From an uncultured Hyphomicrobiales bacterium (lineage in GTDB: Bacteria > Pseudomonadota > Alphaproteobacteria > Rhizobiales > Beijerinckiaceae), in the NCBI GenBank assembly GCA_903889985.1, contig CAISZN010000319.1:1-55279 (forward strand): DNA of 55,279 nt, written 5' to 3'. Below the pieces are notes generated by a model. It had not been told where the DNA came from, did not search any database, and worked only from the letters and a program-made list of their open reading frames with translations. This document shows, one piece after another, positions 19,189 through 28,704 of this stretch (its first letter is position 1; each line of letters opens with the position of its first letter). The position numbers and the translations under genes were made by a program.

Positions 19189-20700
19189 ATGAGGATCGAA
19201 GTCGAGTTGGGGACCACGGTCGAGCGCAATGCTCTGGCCACCCCGGCCGTCATCGACATCGAAGAGCTGCTGGCGACCCGCCTTCTTGTGCAAGGCAATT
19301 CCGGCTCAGGCAAATCCCACCTTCTGCGCCGTCTTCTCGAGCAGAGCGCCCCCCACGTCCAGCAGCTCATCATCGACCCTGAGGGCGATTTCATGAGCCT
19401 GTCGGATCGCTACGGCCATATCGTGGTCGAGGCGAACCGCAGCGAGCGGGAGCTGGAGGCGATTGCGCTGCGCATTCGCGAGCACCGGGCCTCCTGCGTA
19501 CTCAACCTCGACAGCCTTGAGGTAGATATGCAGATGAAGGCCGCCGCGGTCTTCCTGAACGCCTTCTTCGATGCGCCCCGCGAGTTCTGGTACCCGGTGC
19601 TGGTGGTCGTCGACGAGGCCCAGCTCTTTGCGCCGGCAGCCGCGGGCGAAGTATCCGACGAAGCCCGGCGCATTTCGCTGGGCGCGATGACGAACCTCAT
19701 GTGCCGTGGCCGCAAGCGCGGGCTTGCCGGCGTCATTGCCACCCAGCGCCTCGCCAAGCTCGCCAAGAACGTCGCCGCCGAGGCCTCGAATTTCCTGATG
19801 GGCCGAACCTTCCTCGACATCGACATGGCGCGCGCTGCAGATCTGCTGGGCCTTGACCGGGCAAGGGCCGAAATGTTCCGTGATCTGGGACGTGGCACCT
19901 TCGTCGCGCTTGGACCGGCGCTGACCCGCAAGCCCATCGCCATCAAGATCGGGCCGGTTGAAACGGCACCACGCGCTGCCGCGCCCAAATTGATGCCCCT
20001 GCCCGACCCAAGTGATGGTGAAATGCGCGACATGATCCTCGCGCCGCTCGAAGCCGCGGCCCCGCGCGCACAACGACGTGCTCAACCCCGCCCTGAGCAA
20101 AGCACCGAGGCCCTGCTGGAGGCCGCCTCCCGAGAACCGGATGCCGCTGCAACAGATGAGACACGGGAGGCCCTGCCGAGCCTCACAGCGGCCGAAAGGG
20201 ACGCCCTGCTTCAGGACATAGCCTCTCAGGTCATGGCCGATCCTGAAGCTCCCTACCGGCCGGAGGGCGTCCTCTATCAGGATTTTCTGGTCCACTGCCG
20301 GATGCGCAGGGTCCCGGCCCCACGACCTGACCTCGATACGTTCCGTCGGTATCTGACCGTGGCTCGCGCCGGAACCATAGGTGACCTCGCCGAGAACCCG
20401 GACTGGGTACGTGCCATGGAAGTTTCCGTCGAGGTTCCGGAGGATCTGCGCGGGCTTTACCTCCTGTTCGCCCGCTCAGCGATCGATGCCAAGCCCTGTC
20501 CCTCGGATCATGACGCCGCACGCGCCTGCGGCACCCATTCGCCAAGCCGTGCCCGCAGCCGCGTGACGATGCTGGAACAGAATGCCTTCATCACCATCCG
20601 CAAGGACATGCGCGGCAACCGCATCATCGCCCTGCCCGATATCGGGCGCGAAACCGCGCCTGGCGATCCCACTGCGCCCGCCCGTGAGGAAGTGGGCTAG
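19189..20700 (+). CDS. HerA/FtsK-like (DUF87) P-loop ATPase
   Basis: Walker A QGNSGSGKS, IIDPEGDF, Walker B VVVDEAQ, RGRKRG, ATQR. Confidence 0.85.
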   Translation: MRIEVELGTTVERNALATPAVIDIEELLATRLLVQGNSGSGKSHLLRRLLEQSAPHVQQLIIDPEGDFMSLSDRYGHIVVEANRSERELEAIALRIREHRASCVLNLDSLEVDMQMKAAAVFLNAFFDAPREFWYPVLVVVDEAQLFAPAAAGEVSDEARRISLGAMTNLMCRGRKRGLAGVIATQRLAKLAKNVAAEASNFLMGRTFLDIDMARAADLLGLDRARAEMFRDLGRGTFVALGPALTRKPIAIKIGPVETAPRAAAPKLMPLPDPSDGEMRDMILAPLEAAAPRAQRRAQPRPEQSTEALLEAASREPDAAATDETREALPSLTAAERDALLQDIASQVMADPEAPYRPEGVLYQDFLVHCRMRRVPAPRPDLDTFRRYLTVARAGTIGDLAENPDWVRAMEVSVEVPEDLRGLYLLFARSAIDAKPCPSDHDAARACGTHSPSRARSRVTMLEQNAFITIRKDMRGNRIIALPDIGRETAPGDPTAPAREEVG

Positions 20701-20761
20701 CTGAGCCCTTGCGCTCGCGCGTCTCTCCCGTGAGGATGCATCCAGATCACGGGAGGACTGA

Positions 20762-22345
20762 TTGAGCGGGCTCAGGCACGAAGACCACGTTTCGCCTTTC
20801 ATGGGCGCAGACATCGCGAGTTGGCTGGCAGATCTTGCCGCATGGCGCGGTGATCATCCCATGCTCATCTGGGCGCCCCCTGAGGGGCCCTCGAAGACCT
20901 GGTCCTATCGCCGCTTCGTCCATGACGTGTCCTGCCTGGCCGGCGGACTGGCAAAGCGCGGCATCAAGCCGGGCGACCGGGTCCTGGTGCATCTCGAAAA
21001 CGGCCCCGAGATGCTGCTGGCGCGATTTGCATGCAATTGGCTTGGAGCCGTGTGTGTGGGCACAAATGCCCATGCCGTAGGTCCGGAACTCGACTGGTAT
21101 GCCGCCTCGACAGGGGCGGTCGCGGCCATCACCCAGCCGAAGTTTGCGGCCATGGTGTCCGAGCATTGCAGGGGCCTGCGCTGGATCGCTGTGACACAGG
21201 ACGACGCTGGCACGTCTGCAGCGGCCAGTGCCGTTCCAGCCCGTGCGGAGTCTTTCGAAGGGCTGTTCGGCGAGCCCCTGCCGCGCCGGGCACCAGACCC
21301 ATTCGCGCAAGCTTCGATCATGTTCACCACAGGTACGACGTCGCGTCCGAAGGGTGTCGTGTGGACACACGCCAACGTGCTGTGGGGCGCGCGCCTCAAT
21401 GCGGCCCAGCAGCGTCTTCAGGCAGATGATGTCACGCAGGTCTTCCTGCCCATGTACCATGTGGTGGGCCTGTCCTGGTGCGCGACGGCCACCCTGTGGG
21501 CCGGCGGCACACTGCTCATCCAGCCACGTTTTTCGGCCAGCGGGTTCTGGCCGGCAGCCATCGAGCATGGTGCCACAGTCGCAGGACAGGTGTTCTTCAC
21601 CCTGAAGGTGCTGGCGGGTGGCGAGATCCCAAAGCATCGGTTTCGCAAATGGATCGTCGCCCGACATGAGCCCGCACAGATGCAACGTTTCGGCGTCGAT
21701 TTCGTCGCGGGTTGGGGCATGACCGAAGTGCTCACTCAGGTGATCGTCTGTGAACCCGGCATGGATGCACCGCAGGGAGCCATCGGCCGGCCCTCCTCCG
21801 GCTATCGCGTCCGCATCGTGGGGGACGACGGCGAGCAGGTACGCCCGGGGGAGTCAGGGCAGCTGCTCGTGGGTGGCGTGCGAGGCCTCTCGATTTTTCG
21901 CGAATATGACGGAAACGAGGCCGCAACTCGCGAAGCCTTCGACGAGGATGGCTACTTCCAGACCGGTGACCGGGTGATCCTGCGCGAGGATGGCTGGCTG
22001 CAGTTTGGTGACCGGATCAAGGACGTGCTGAAGGTCGGCGGCGAAGGTGTCTCGGCGTCGGAAATCGAACATGTGATCCTTCACGTTCCCGGCGTCGCGG
22101 AAGTGGCAGTTGTTGCGAAGGCTGACGTGGACTACGGCGAAGTGCCGGTTGCCTTCGTGGTTCCAAAGCGTGATGCGGGACCAGATGTGGTTGCCGCCAT
22201 CGAAGCGGCCGCACTCACTCGCTGCCGGGAGGAGCTCGCGAAATTCAAGGTTCCGCGCGAGATCCGCATCGTGGATGGTTTGCCCATGGTGGGCTTCGGA
22301 AAAGTTTCGCGCGCGAAGCTGCGCGACATGCTCGCGCAGGGCTGA
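20762..22345 (+). CDS. AMP-dependent acyl-CoA ligase (CaiC-like)
   Basis: FTTGTTSRPKG, WGMTE, FQTGD, DRIKD.LKVGG, KFKVP. Confidence 0.92.
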   Translation: MSGLRHEDHVSPFMGADIASWLADLAAWRGDHPMLIWAPPEGPSKTWSYRRFVHDVSCLAGGLAKRGIKPGDRVLVHLENGPEMLLARFACNWLGAVCVGTNAHAVGPELDWYAASTGAVAAITQPKFAAMVSEHCRGLRWIAVTQDDAGTSAAASAVPARAESFEGLFGEPLPRRAPDPFAQASIMFTTGTTSRPKGVVWTHANVLWGARLNAAQQRLQADDVTQVFLPMYHVVGLSWCATATLWAGGTLLIQPRFSASGFWPAAIEHGATVAGQVFFTLKVLAGGEIPKHRFRKWIVARHEPAQMQRFGVDFVAGWGMTEVLTQVIVCEPGMDAPQGAIGRPSSGYRVRIVGDDGEQVRPGESGQLLVGGVRGLSIFREYDGNEAATREAFDEDGYFQTGDRVILREDGWLQFGDRIKDVLKVGGEGVSASEIEHVILHVPGVAEVAVVAKADVDYGEVPVAFVVPKRDAGPDVVAAIEAAALTRCREELAKFKVPREIRIVDGLPMVGFGKVSRAKLRDMLAQG

Positions 22346-22348
22346 CGC

Positions 22349-22960
22349 TCAGCGCCGGAACGAATGATGCTGGAGCCAGTGCTCCAGCATCCAGATGTGA
22401 TCATTGCCCCAGAACATCTCGCCATCGACGAAAAAGGTGGGCGCACCAAAAACGCCTTCGGCGACTGCCTGCTCCACAGCGGACTGCAAGGCCGCCTTGA
22501 GGTCCGGACCGCCAAGTGCCTGTTCCAGCGCTGCGCCATCGAGACCAAGGGCAGCGGCCTCTTCGATCACGGCCTCAGGCGGTGTGATGTCCTGCCCACG
22601 CACCCACAGGCGCGCAAAGAGTGCCTGCGCAAGCGGCTTTGCCTTCTCCGGCGCATGCTCGCGGGCCCAAAGGAAGGCGCGACAGGCAGCCAGAGAGTTC
22701 ACGCCCTTGAGGCCGTGATGGCGGAACGGCACGTCGAAATATTCGGCGAGCCGGACCATGTCGCGCTTCAGATAGGGCCCCTTCAGCGGATATTCGAGCA
22801 GGGGCTTCATGCCCATGATCTTCATGACGGTAATGCCAAGCAGCATGGGCCGCCATTCGACTTCGCGCCTGTGATGGGCCGCGACTCTCTCAATCGCGAT
22901 AGAGCCGATATAGGCAAAGGGCGATAGCGGGTCGAAGTAGAAGACGATGGGCACACTCAC
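22349..22960 (-). CDS. 2-hydroxychromene-2-carboxylate isomerase family (kappa GST/DsbA-like)
   Basis: FYFDPLSPFAY, WRPMLLG, GVFGAPTFFVDGEMFWGND. Confidence 0.9.
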   Translation of the reverse strand: MSVPIVFYFDPLSPFAYIGSIAIERVAAHHRREVEWRPMLLGITVMKIMGMKPLLEYPLKGPYLKRDMVRLAEYFDVPFRHHGLKGVNSLAACRAFLWAREHAPEKAKPLAQALFARLWVRGQDITPPEAVIEEAAALGLDGAALEQALGGPDLKAALQSAVEQAVAEGVFGAPTFFVDGEMFWGNDHIWMLEHWLQHHSFRR

Positions 22961-22963
22961 TGC

Positions 22964-24322
22964 TCAGGTCACTCCTGCCGCGCTGCTCTTGAGGGCCTGG
23001 GGTGGTGTGCCATCACCGATGAGCAGATAACGCGGAACGAGCAGCATAAGGGACGCCCCGACAATCAGCGACAGGCCAATGACCGTCATCGGCGCCGAGA
23101 AACCGCCCGTCATATCGCGCAGGACCCCCATGACCATGGGTGCCGTGGCTGCGCCGCACATGCCGATGGTGTTCATGAAGGCGATTCCTGCCGCATGGGC
23201 CGAGCGCGGCAGAACAGCTGATGGCATGGTGAAGAACAGAGACCAGACCGGGGTCGAAGCCACGCCTGCTACCACAAGGCCCAACAAGCGCATGGCAGGA
23301 TCGGTGAGGATTGCCGCCATGATCCATCCAAGCCCGGCAACCGCCATCGGGATGATCGAGGACCAGAAACGTTCCCTGCGCCGGTCCGAATAGGCGGCCC
23401 AGATCGGCATGGCGATGAGCGTACAAAGCGGCGGAATAGCCGCGATGAGACCCGTCATCCAGTAGGGCTGGTCCGGTCGCGACATTCCGCGCACGATCTG
23501 CGGCAGCCAGTAGCCGGCTGCACCGAAATTGCCGATCAGGGTGAAATAGGCGGCCGAAATAATCAGCATGTTGCGGCTGAGGATCTGGCCCCACATGGTC
23601 GTGCTGGGCTGAACTGATGAACGCTCACGCGCTTCCGCATCGCGCTGCACTGCATTTTCGATCAGCTTCTGCTCATCGAGCGTCAGCCATCTCGTACCCA
23701 TCGGCTTGTCTGTCAGATAAAACAGAATAACGATGCCCAGAAGGACCGCAGGTACGCCTTCAATCAAGAAGAGCCAGCGCCAGCCCTGCAGGCCAAAAAA
23801 GCCATCCAGCCCGAGCAGCAAGCCGGAAATGATCGAGCCTCCGGCAATGGCAACGGGCTGGGCTATCATGAACCACGACTGGGCACGCGCGCGATGGTAC
23901 TGCGGATACCAATAGGTCAGGTAGAGCACGAGGCCGGGTATGAACCCCGCTTCTGCAGCGCCGACGAGACCACGCAGGGTGAGTAGGCTTGCCGGGCCAG
24001 ATGCAAAGGCGCAGCCCGCTGAAGCAATACCCCATGTCACCATGATGCGCGCCAGCCAGATCCGTGCGCCGAAACGTTGCAGCGCGAGATTGCTGGGGAT
24101 TTCAAACAGCGCATAAACAATGGAAAAGATCGTGACCGACAGGCCGAAGACCGATGCGGTGACGCCAAGGTCCTTGCCCATCGTGATCTGGGCAAAGCCG
24201 ATGTTGGTACGATCGAGATAATTGATGACCGCCAGCACGAATAGAAACCAGAGAATGCGGCGCGACACCTTGGCAAGTGCCTGCTCTTCCTCGTGCGAAA
24301 ACTGAGTTGCCGATTCACCCAT
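22964..24322 (-). CDS. MFS transporter, anion:cation symporter (ACS) family
   Basis: NYLDRTNIG, FEIPSN, GARIWLARIM, GAAEAGF, GWRWLFLIEG. Confidence 0.93.
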   Translation of the reverse strand: MGESATQFSHEEEQALAKVSRRILWFLFVLAVINYLDRTNIGFAQITMGKDLGVTASVFGLSVTIFSIVYALFEIPSNLALQRFGARIWLARIMVTWGIASAGCAFASGPASLLTLRGLVGAAEAGFIPGLVLYLTYWYPQYHRARAQSWFMIAQPVAIAGGSIISGLLLGLDGFFGLQGWRWLFLIEGVPAVLLGIVILFYLTDKPMGTRWLTLDEQKLIENAVQRDAEARERSSVQPSTTMWGQILSRNMLIISAAYFTLIGNFGAAGYWLPQIVRGMSRPDQPYWMTGLIAAIPPLCTLIAMPIWAAYSDRRRERFWSSIIPMAVAGLGWIMAAILTDPAMRLLGLVVAGVASTPVWSLFFTMPSAVLPRSAHAAGIAFMNTIGMCGAATAPMVMGVLRDMTGGFSAPMTVIGLSLIVGASLMLLVPRYLLIGDGTPPQALKSSAAGVT

Positions 24323-24414
24323 GGCGCCCCTCCCCGATTTTTTAATTGGGGAGAGACTAGCGCCTGAAACCCTTGTGCAGCAAGCGGGGCCGCGACCTCG
24401 TCAGCCGGAGGCAA

Positions 24415-25500
24415 TCACTTCTTGTCGATGATCTGGTTCAGCGTCGCAAGAACCTCCGGTGTCACCGTCGCCAGGGAGCCGAAAATGGCCGTCCCACGGT
24501 CTACCGGAACGAAGGAATAGGGCAGCCCATTCATCGAAACGGACTGTCTGACGAAGTCCGGATCATTGGCAGCCGCTGCATAACCCGCCCGCAGGGCAGC
24601 GACAGCTTCCGGTGGTGTGCCCGCTGGTGCCAGTCCCACAAAGGCCATTTCACCAATCTGGCTGACGAGCCAGTTGGTGGCATCCCACAACGGACCCGCA
24701 GGTGGCTTCCCGTTGATTTCCCGGTAGAGCTGCGGGAAGGCGGGCATCTCCGTGATGAAGCTGTTGGGCTGGAAATTACCACTCGCATCGGCGGGAACCA
24801 GATAGGCAATGCCCATCCCCTGCCCCGACTTGATGAACTCTGCATTGCGACCACGGAACGTCGTGATGCTGGTGCTGTGAAACTGCACTTCATTGCGTTG
24901 CATGGCGAGGAACACATCATTGCCGCCGCGATAGCCAATGACCATCTTGTCCTTCACGCCAAGCACGCCCAGCGCAAGATGGGCCAGCAGTCCAGAGGGG
25001 TCCGTCGCGTTCAGCGCACCTACTGTCAGCATGTCGCCTTTGGCGATGTCCGCAGGCGTCTTCAGGCCTCCGGGTATGCTGTTCGCATTGGCGTATAAAA
25101 CGCGCGTGTCGCCAGTTCCTCCGAGAAATTCAAATTTTTCATAGCGCGCGCGCATCGATGGAAGCGCGAGCGCTTGAGCGAGCGGATCCCATGGTCCCCA
25201 AAGGATCGTCAGCCCATCGGCCTTGGCCTTCTCCGCCAGAAAGTTCGTTGCGAGAAGTCCGCCAGCGCCGGGCATATTCTGGACCACCAGCGTTGGATTA
25301 CCGGGAATGTGCTTCTGCATGACCTGCGAGAACATGCGCGCAAAGAGGTCAACCGTTCCGCCCGCTTCAAGCCCGACGAGGATATTGATGGTCTTGCCCC
25401 TGTAGAAAGGCTCGCCTTGCTGGGCATGAAGGGCCACAGGAGCGAATGCCGTTGAGAGACCCAGCGCCAGCGAGCCCTTCAGAAGGTGCCTTCTTCTCAT
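24415..25500 (-). CDS. Bug/TctC-family substrate-binding protein with a Tat-like signal
   Basis: MRRRHLLKG; FYRGKTI, GGTVD, IPGNPT.VVQNMPGAGG, GYRG, AMQRNEV. Confidence 0.88.
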   Translation of the reverse strand: MRRRHLLKGSLALGLSTAFAPVALHAQQGEPFYRGKTINILVGLEAGGTVDLFARMFSQVMQKHIPGNPTLVVQNMPGAGGLLATNFLAEKAKADGLTILWGPWDPLAQALALPSMRARYEKFEFLGGTGDTRVLYANANSIPGGLKTPADIAKGDMLTVGALNATDPSGLLAHLALGVLGVKDKMVIGYRGGNDVFLAMQRNEVQFHSTSITTFRGRNAEFIKSGQGMGIAYLVPADASGNFQPNSFITEMPAFPQLYREINGKPPAGPLWDATNWLVSQIGEMAFVGLAPAGTPPEAVAALRAGYAAAANDPDFVRQSVSMNGLPYSFVPVDRGTAIFGSLATVTPEVLATLNQIIDKK

Positions 25501-25542
25501 CTCGTCCCCCGTCCTTGGCATTTTTACCGTCCTGACCGCCTG

Positions 25543-26454
25543 TCAGCGACCCTGTTTGTGCTTTTCGATCACGGCCTTTGCTGCGGCCAGATAGTCCTGT
25601 TCGGACTGGTTCTGACGTTTCAGGCCGACGAGTTCGTAATAATCGTCCAGAGTGCAAAAGCCCGGCCGTGCATTGTCGAGGCTGTGGTCACGTCGCAATG
25701 CGCCCATGGCTCGAGTGACACCGCCCACTGCAGCAAAAAGTGCCGCGGATGGGAAGGTCATCATGGCAGCACCAGCCGCCTCGAATTCGGATGGCGAGGA
25801 CATCCCCTTGGGATTTGCGTTGGACTGGTTGGCCATTTGCGGGCCAGGAACTTCGCGCAGGATGCGTTTGAAGATATCGAGATCGTCGGCGCCAATCACC
25901 TTGGCCATGTCGACGCCGATATCCTTGTAAAGCTGAGCCCTTTCGATGGCACCATCGACACCCTCGACCGAAAGTGCATCCGTGCGCGCAACGATGTAGA
26001 GATCCGGGTCGCGGCGGGCGTCGAGCGCGGCTTTCAACTTGGACAGCATCTCCTGCGCAGGTACAAGCTGCTTGCCTTCCATATAGCCGCAGCGGTTCGG
26101 GAAGACCTGATCGCCAATGAAAAGCCCGGCGACTCCTGCATTCTCAAAGGCCCGCACCATCTGGCGCACGTTGTTGACGCCGCCGAAGCCTGTATCGCCA
26201 TCAACATAGACGGGCACGTTCACGGCGGCACAGATGCGCCCGTAATGGTCGGCATAGTCTCGCATGTTCGATTGGCCGGTATCTGGCTGTCCGAGCAGGA
26301 CACCAACCGCCGCATAGCCGCCTGCGACGACCACATCGAACCCTTGTGCTTCAATGATCCGGGCAGAGAGTGCATCATAAGCGCCCGGTGCCAGCACCAT
26401 GCCCGGCGCTGCCAGTAGCTCACGAAAGCGCTTGCGAAGGCTCATCGGGGTCAC
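25543..26454 (-). CDS. Isocitrate lyase/PEP mutase family C-C lyase (2,3-dimethylmalate lyase/PrpB-like)
   Basis: PGAYDALSAR, DGDTGFGG..NV, DQVFPNRCGY, VARTDA. Confidence 0.9.
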   Translation of the reverse strand: MTPMSLRKRFRELLAAPGMVLAPGAYDALSARIIEAQGFDVVVAGGYAAVGVLLGQPDTGQSNMRDYADHYGRICAAVNVPVYVDGDTGFGGVNNVRQMVRAFENAGVAGLFIGDQVFPNRCGYMEGKQLVPAQEMLSKLKAALDARRDPDLYIVARTDALSVEGVDGAIERAQLYKDIGVDMAKVIGADDLDIFKRILREVPGPQMANQSNANPKGMSSPSEFEAAGAAMMTFPSAALFAAVGGVTRAMGALRRDHSLDNARPGFCTLDDYYELVGLKRQNQSEQDYLAAAKAVIEKHKQGR

Positions 26455-26457
26455 TCC

Positions 26458-27087
26458 TTAAAGCGAAGACGCGTTAGCATGCTGCGTCCATGGCGCATCG
26501 TTTCTGCGCGCCTGTTCAAAGGCCTCGATATCGGCCAGGGACTTGAGCGTCATGCCGATATCGTCGAGACCTTCAAGCAGACGTGTGCGATCCGCATCGG
26601 AAATCTCGAAGCCCATGATCAGCCCATCGGGACCGATGAGGGTCCTGGCCTCAAGATTCGCCGTGAATACCGGCGCTCCATCAGCTGCCAGAACTGCGGC
26701 CTCAAGCCTGTCTGCCTCAGCATCCGGCAAGGTGACCGGCAGCACACCGTTCTGCAGGCAGTTCTCGCGATAGATGTCGGCGAAGCTGCGCGCGACGATG
26801 CAGGAGATCCCGACTGCCTGAAACACCCAGACAGCAGATTCACGCGAGCTGCCGCAACCGAAATTGCGACCGCTCACGAGAATAGAGCCCGTGCGGAATT
26901 TCGGCTGGTTGAAGACGAAAGCCAGATCCTCGGCGCCATTGTCCAGGCGGCGGCGATTCTTGAAGAGCGTCTCGGCATAGTTCTCGGACAGCTTCGCGCC
27001 ACCGCCCACGGGGGCAATCTGGTCGGTGTTGACGTCGTCCTCGATCAGCGGAATGGCGACGCCGGTCACACGGGTGAATGGCTTCAT
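26458..27087 (-). CDS. LeuD-like isopropylmalate/maleate-type hydratase small subunit
   Basis: DVNTDQI, GRNFGCGSSRE, SFADIYRENC..NG, LLEGLDDI; TGATG overlap with the large subunit. Confidence 0.9.
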   Translation of the reverse strand: MKPFTRVTGVAIPLIEDDVNTDQIAPVGGGAKLSENYAETLFKNRRRLDNGAEDLAFVFNQPKFRTGSILVSGRNFGCGSSRESAVWVFQAVGISCIVARSFADIYRENCLQNGVLPVTLPDAEADRLEAAVLAADGAPVFTANLEARTLIGPDGLIMGFEISDADRTRLLEGLDDIGMTLKSLADIEAFEQARRNDAPWTQHANASSL

Positions 27088-28514
27088 CACTTGCCCCCTG
27101 AAAGCTTGCGAACATCGGTGATGCTGCCGGTCACAGCGGCGGCGGCAGCCAGCGCCGGGCCAACAAGATGCGTGCGCGCGCCGCGCCCCTGCCGGTTCTC
27201 GAAATTGCGATTGGTGGTCGACAGGATGCGCTCGCCTGCCTTGCCGCCATCGCCATTGGCGCCGGCGCACATGGAGCAGGCGGACTCGCCCCAGACGAAA
27301 CCAGCATCCTTGAAGACCCGATCGAGCCCAATGGCCTCGGCATCGCGTTTCACCTTGCCCGATCCTGCTGACACCAGGGCGGAGACGCCATCGGCCACCT
27401 TGCGACCGCGCACGATGTCGGCAGCCTCCTGAAGATCGGGCAGACGGGCATTGGTACAGGAGCCAATGAAAACACGATGTACCGGCAGCCCCTCAAGAGC
27501 TACCCCAGGAGCAAGGCCCATATAGGCAATGGCCCGTTCAACCGGCCCGCGCTGTTCTGCCGGCATGGCTGAGGGATCAGGTACGCGCCCGTCGATGGTC
27601 ACCACCTGTCCGGGATCCGTGCCCCATGTGATGTGGGGCAGCAGACCATCGCAATCGACCTCGATGTCGCGATCGAAGACCGCATCCGCATCGCTGGGCA
27701 ATGTGCGCCAATAGCTCAGGGCGCGATCCCACATGGCCCCTTGCGGGCCCCACGGGCGGCCATGCAGCCAGTCAAAGGTCTTGTCATCGGGCGCGACGAG
27801 GCCGCTGCGTGAGCCCATTTCAATGGTGAGATTGCACAGGGTCAGCCGCCCCTCGATGGACAGGCTGCTGGCCACCTCGCCCGAAAACTCGATCGCGTGT
27901 CCGCGCCCGCCGGAGGTGCCAATCTGCGACAGGATGCGCAGGGCGACGTCCTTGGCTGACGCATGAGCTCCGAGCTTGCCAGTCAGTCGGATGCGCATGC
28001 GCTTCGGCTTGTTCAGGGCAATGACCTGGCAGGCGAGCACATGTTCGAGCTCGGTGGTGCCGCAGCCGAAGGCTAGCGCGCCGAGGCCGCCGACCGTGCA
28101 GGCATGGCTGTCGGGGACCGCATGGGTGGCGCCGGGCAGCACCATACCGAGCTCGGGCGCCACCACATGGGAAATGCCATGTTCGGGATCATCGAGATCA
28201 AACACCCGAATGCCATTCTCAAGGCTGCCCTCGCGCACCGCATCGATGAAGGCCTTACCTTCAGGATTGGTGCGGTCGTCGCGGCCCGGACTTGAGGCTG
28301 GGGTGTGGTCCAGTGCCGAAAAAGTCAGGTCGGGACGGCGCACCTTGCGCCCGGACGCCTTCAGCTTCTTGAAGGCATGGGGTGCATGCAGCTCATGCAG
28401 CACATGCCGGTCGATGAAGAGCAGCTCGCGGCCATCCATGCGGCGGCCGACGAAATGGGCCTGCCAGATCTTGTCGATGATCGTCCGGGGTGTGGTTGTC
28501 GCCTCGGTGGGCAA
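27087..28514 (-). CDS. LeuC-like [4Fe-4S] hydratase large subunit
   Basis: DSH.CT.G, FIGSCTNAR, CSMCAGAN, STTNRNFENRQG; catabolic context with no leuB. Confidence 0.92.
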   Translation of the reverse strand: MPTEATTTPRTIIDKIWQAHFVGRRMDGRELLFIDRHVLHELHAPHAFKKLKASGRKVRRPDLTFSALDHTPASSPGRDDRTNPEGKAFIDAVREGSLENGIRVFDLDDPEHGISHVVAPELGMVLPGATHAVPDSHACTVGGLGALAFGCGTTELEHVLACQVIALNKPKRMRIRLTGKLGAHASAKDVALRILSQIGTSGGRGHAIEFSGEVASSLSIEGRLTLCNLTIEMGSRSGLVAPDDKTFDWLHGRPWGPQGAMWDRALSYWRTLPSDADAVFDRDIEVDCDGLLPHITWGTDPGQVVTIDGRVPDPSAMPAEQRGPVERAIAYMGLAPGVALEGLPVHRVFIGSCTNARLPDLQEAADIVRGRKVADGVSALVSAGSGKVKRDAEAIGLDRVFKDAGFVWGESACSMCAGANGDGGKAGERILSTTNRNFENRQGRGARTHLVGPALAAAAAVTGSITDVRKLSGGK

Positions 28515-28704
28515 TGCCGTTTCCTCTCATCCTGCGCCGGACGCTGGCCAAAGGCCGATCGGCGTCCGTGAACTCTTCTGGCTGAATGACTTTTAGGGCG
28601 AAGCATAGGGTCGAGGCAATCTGGAAGCTTGCCTTCTCCCTGCTGGCGAATTGCGCCCCGCCGCCATGGCTGCAAGGATAGGCCGCATCAAAAGGGAGTT
28701 TGGG

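Noticed and set aside
26458-28514. Calling these the biosynthetic leuC/leuD
   Set aside because: Divergent motifs (HELHAPHAF, DSHACT), no leuB, and a catabolic operon context
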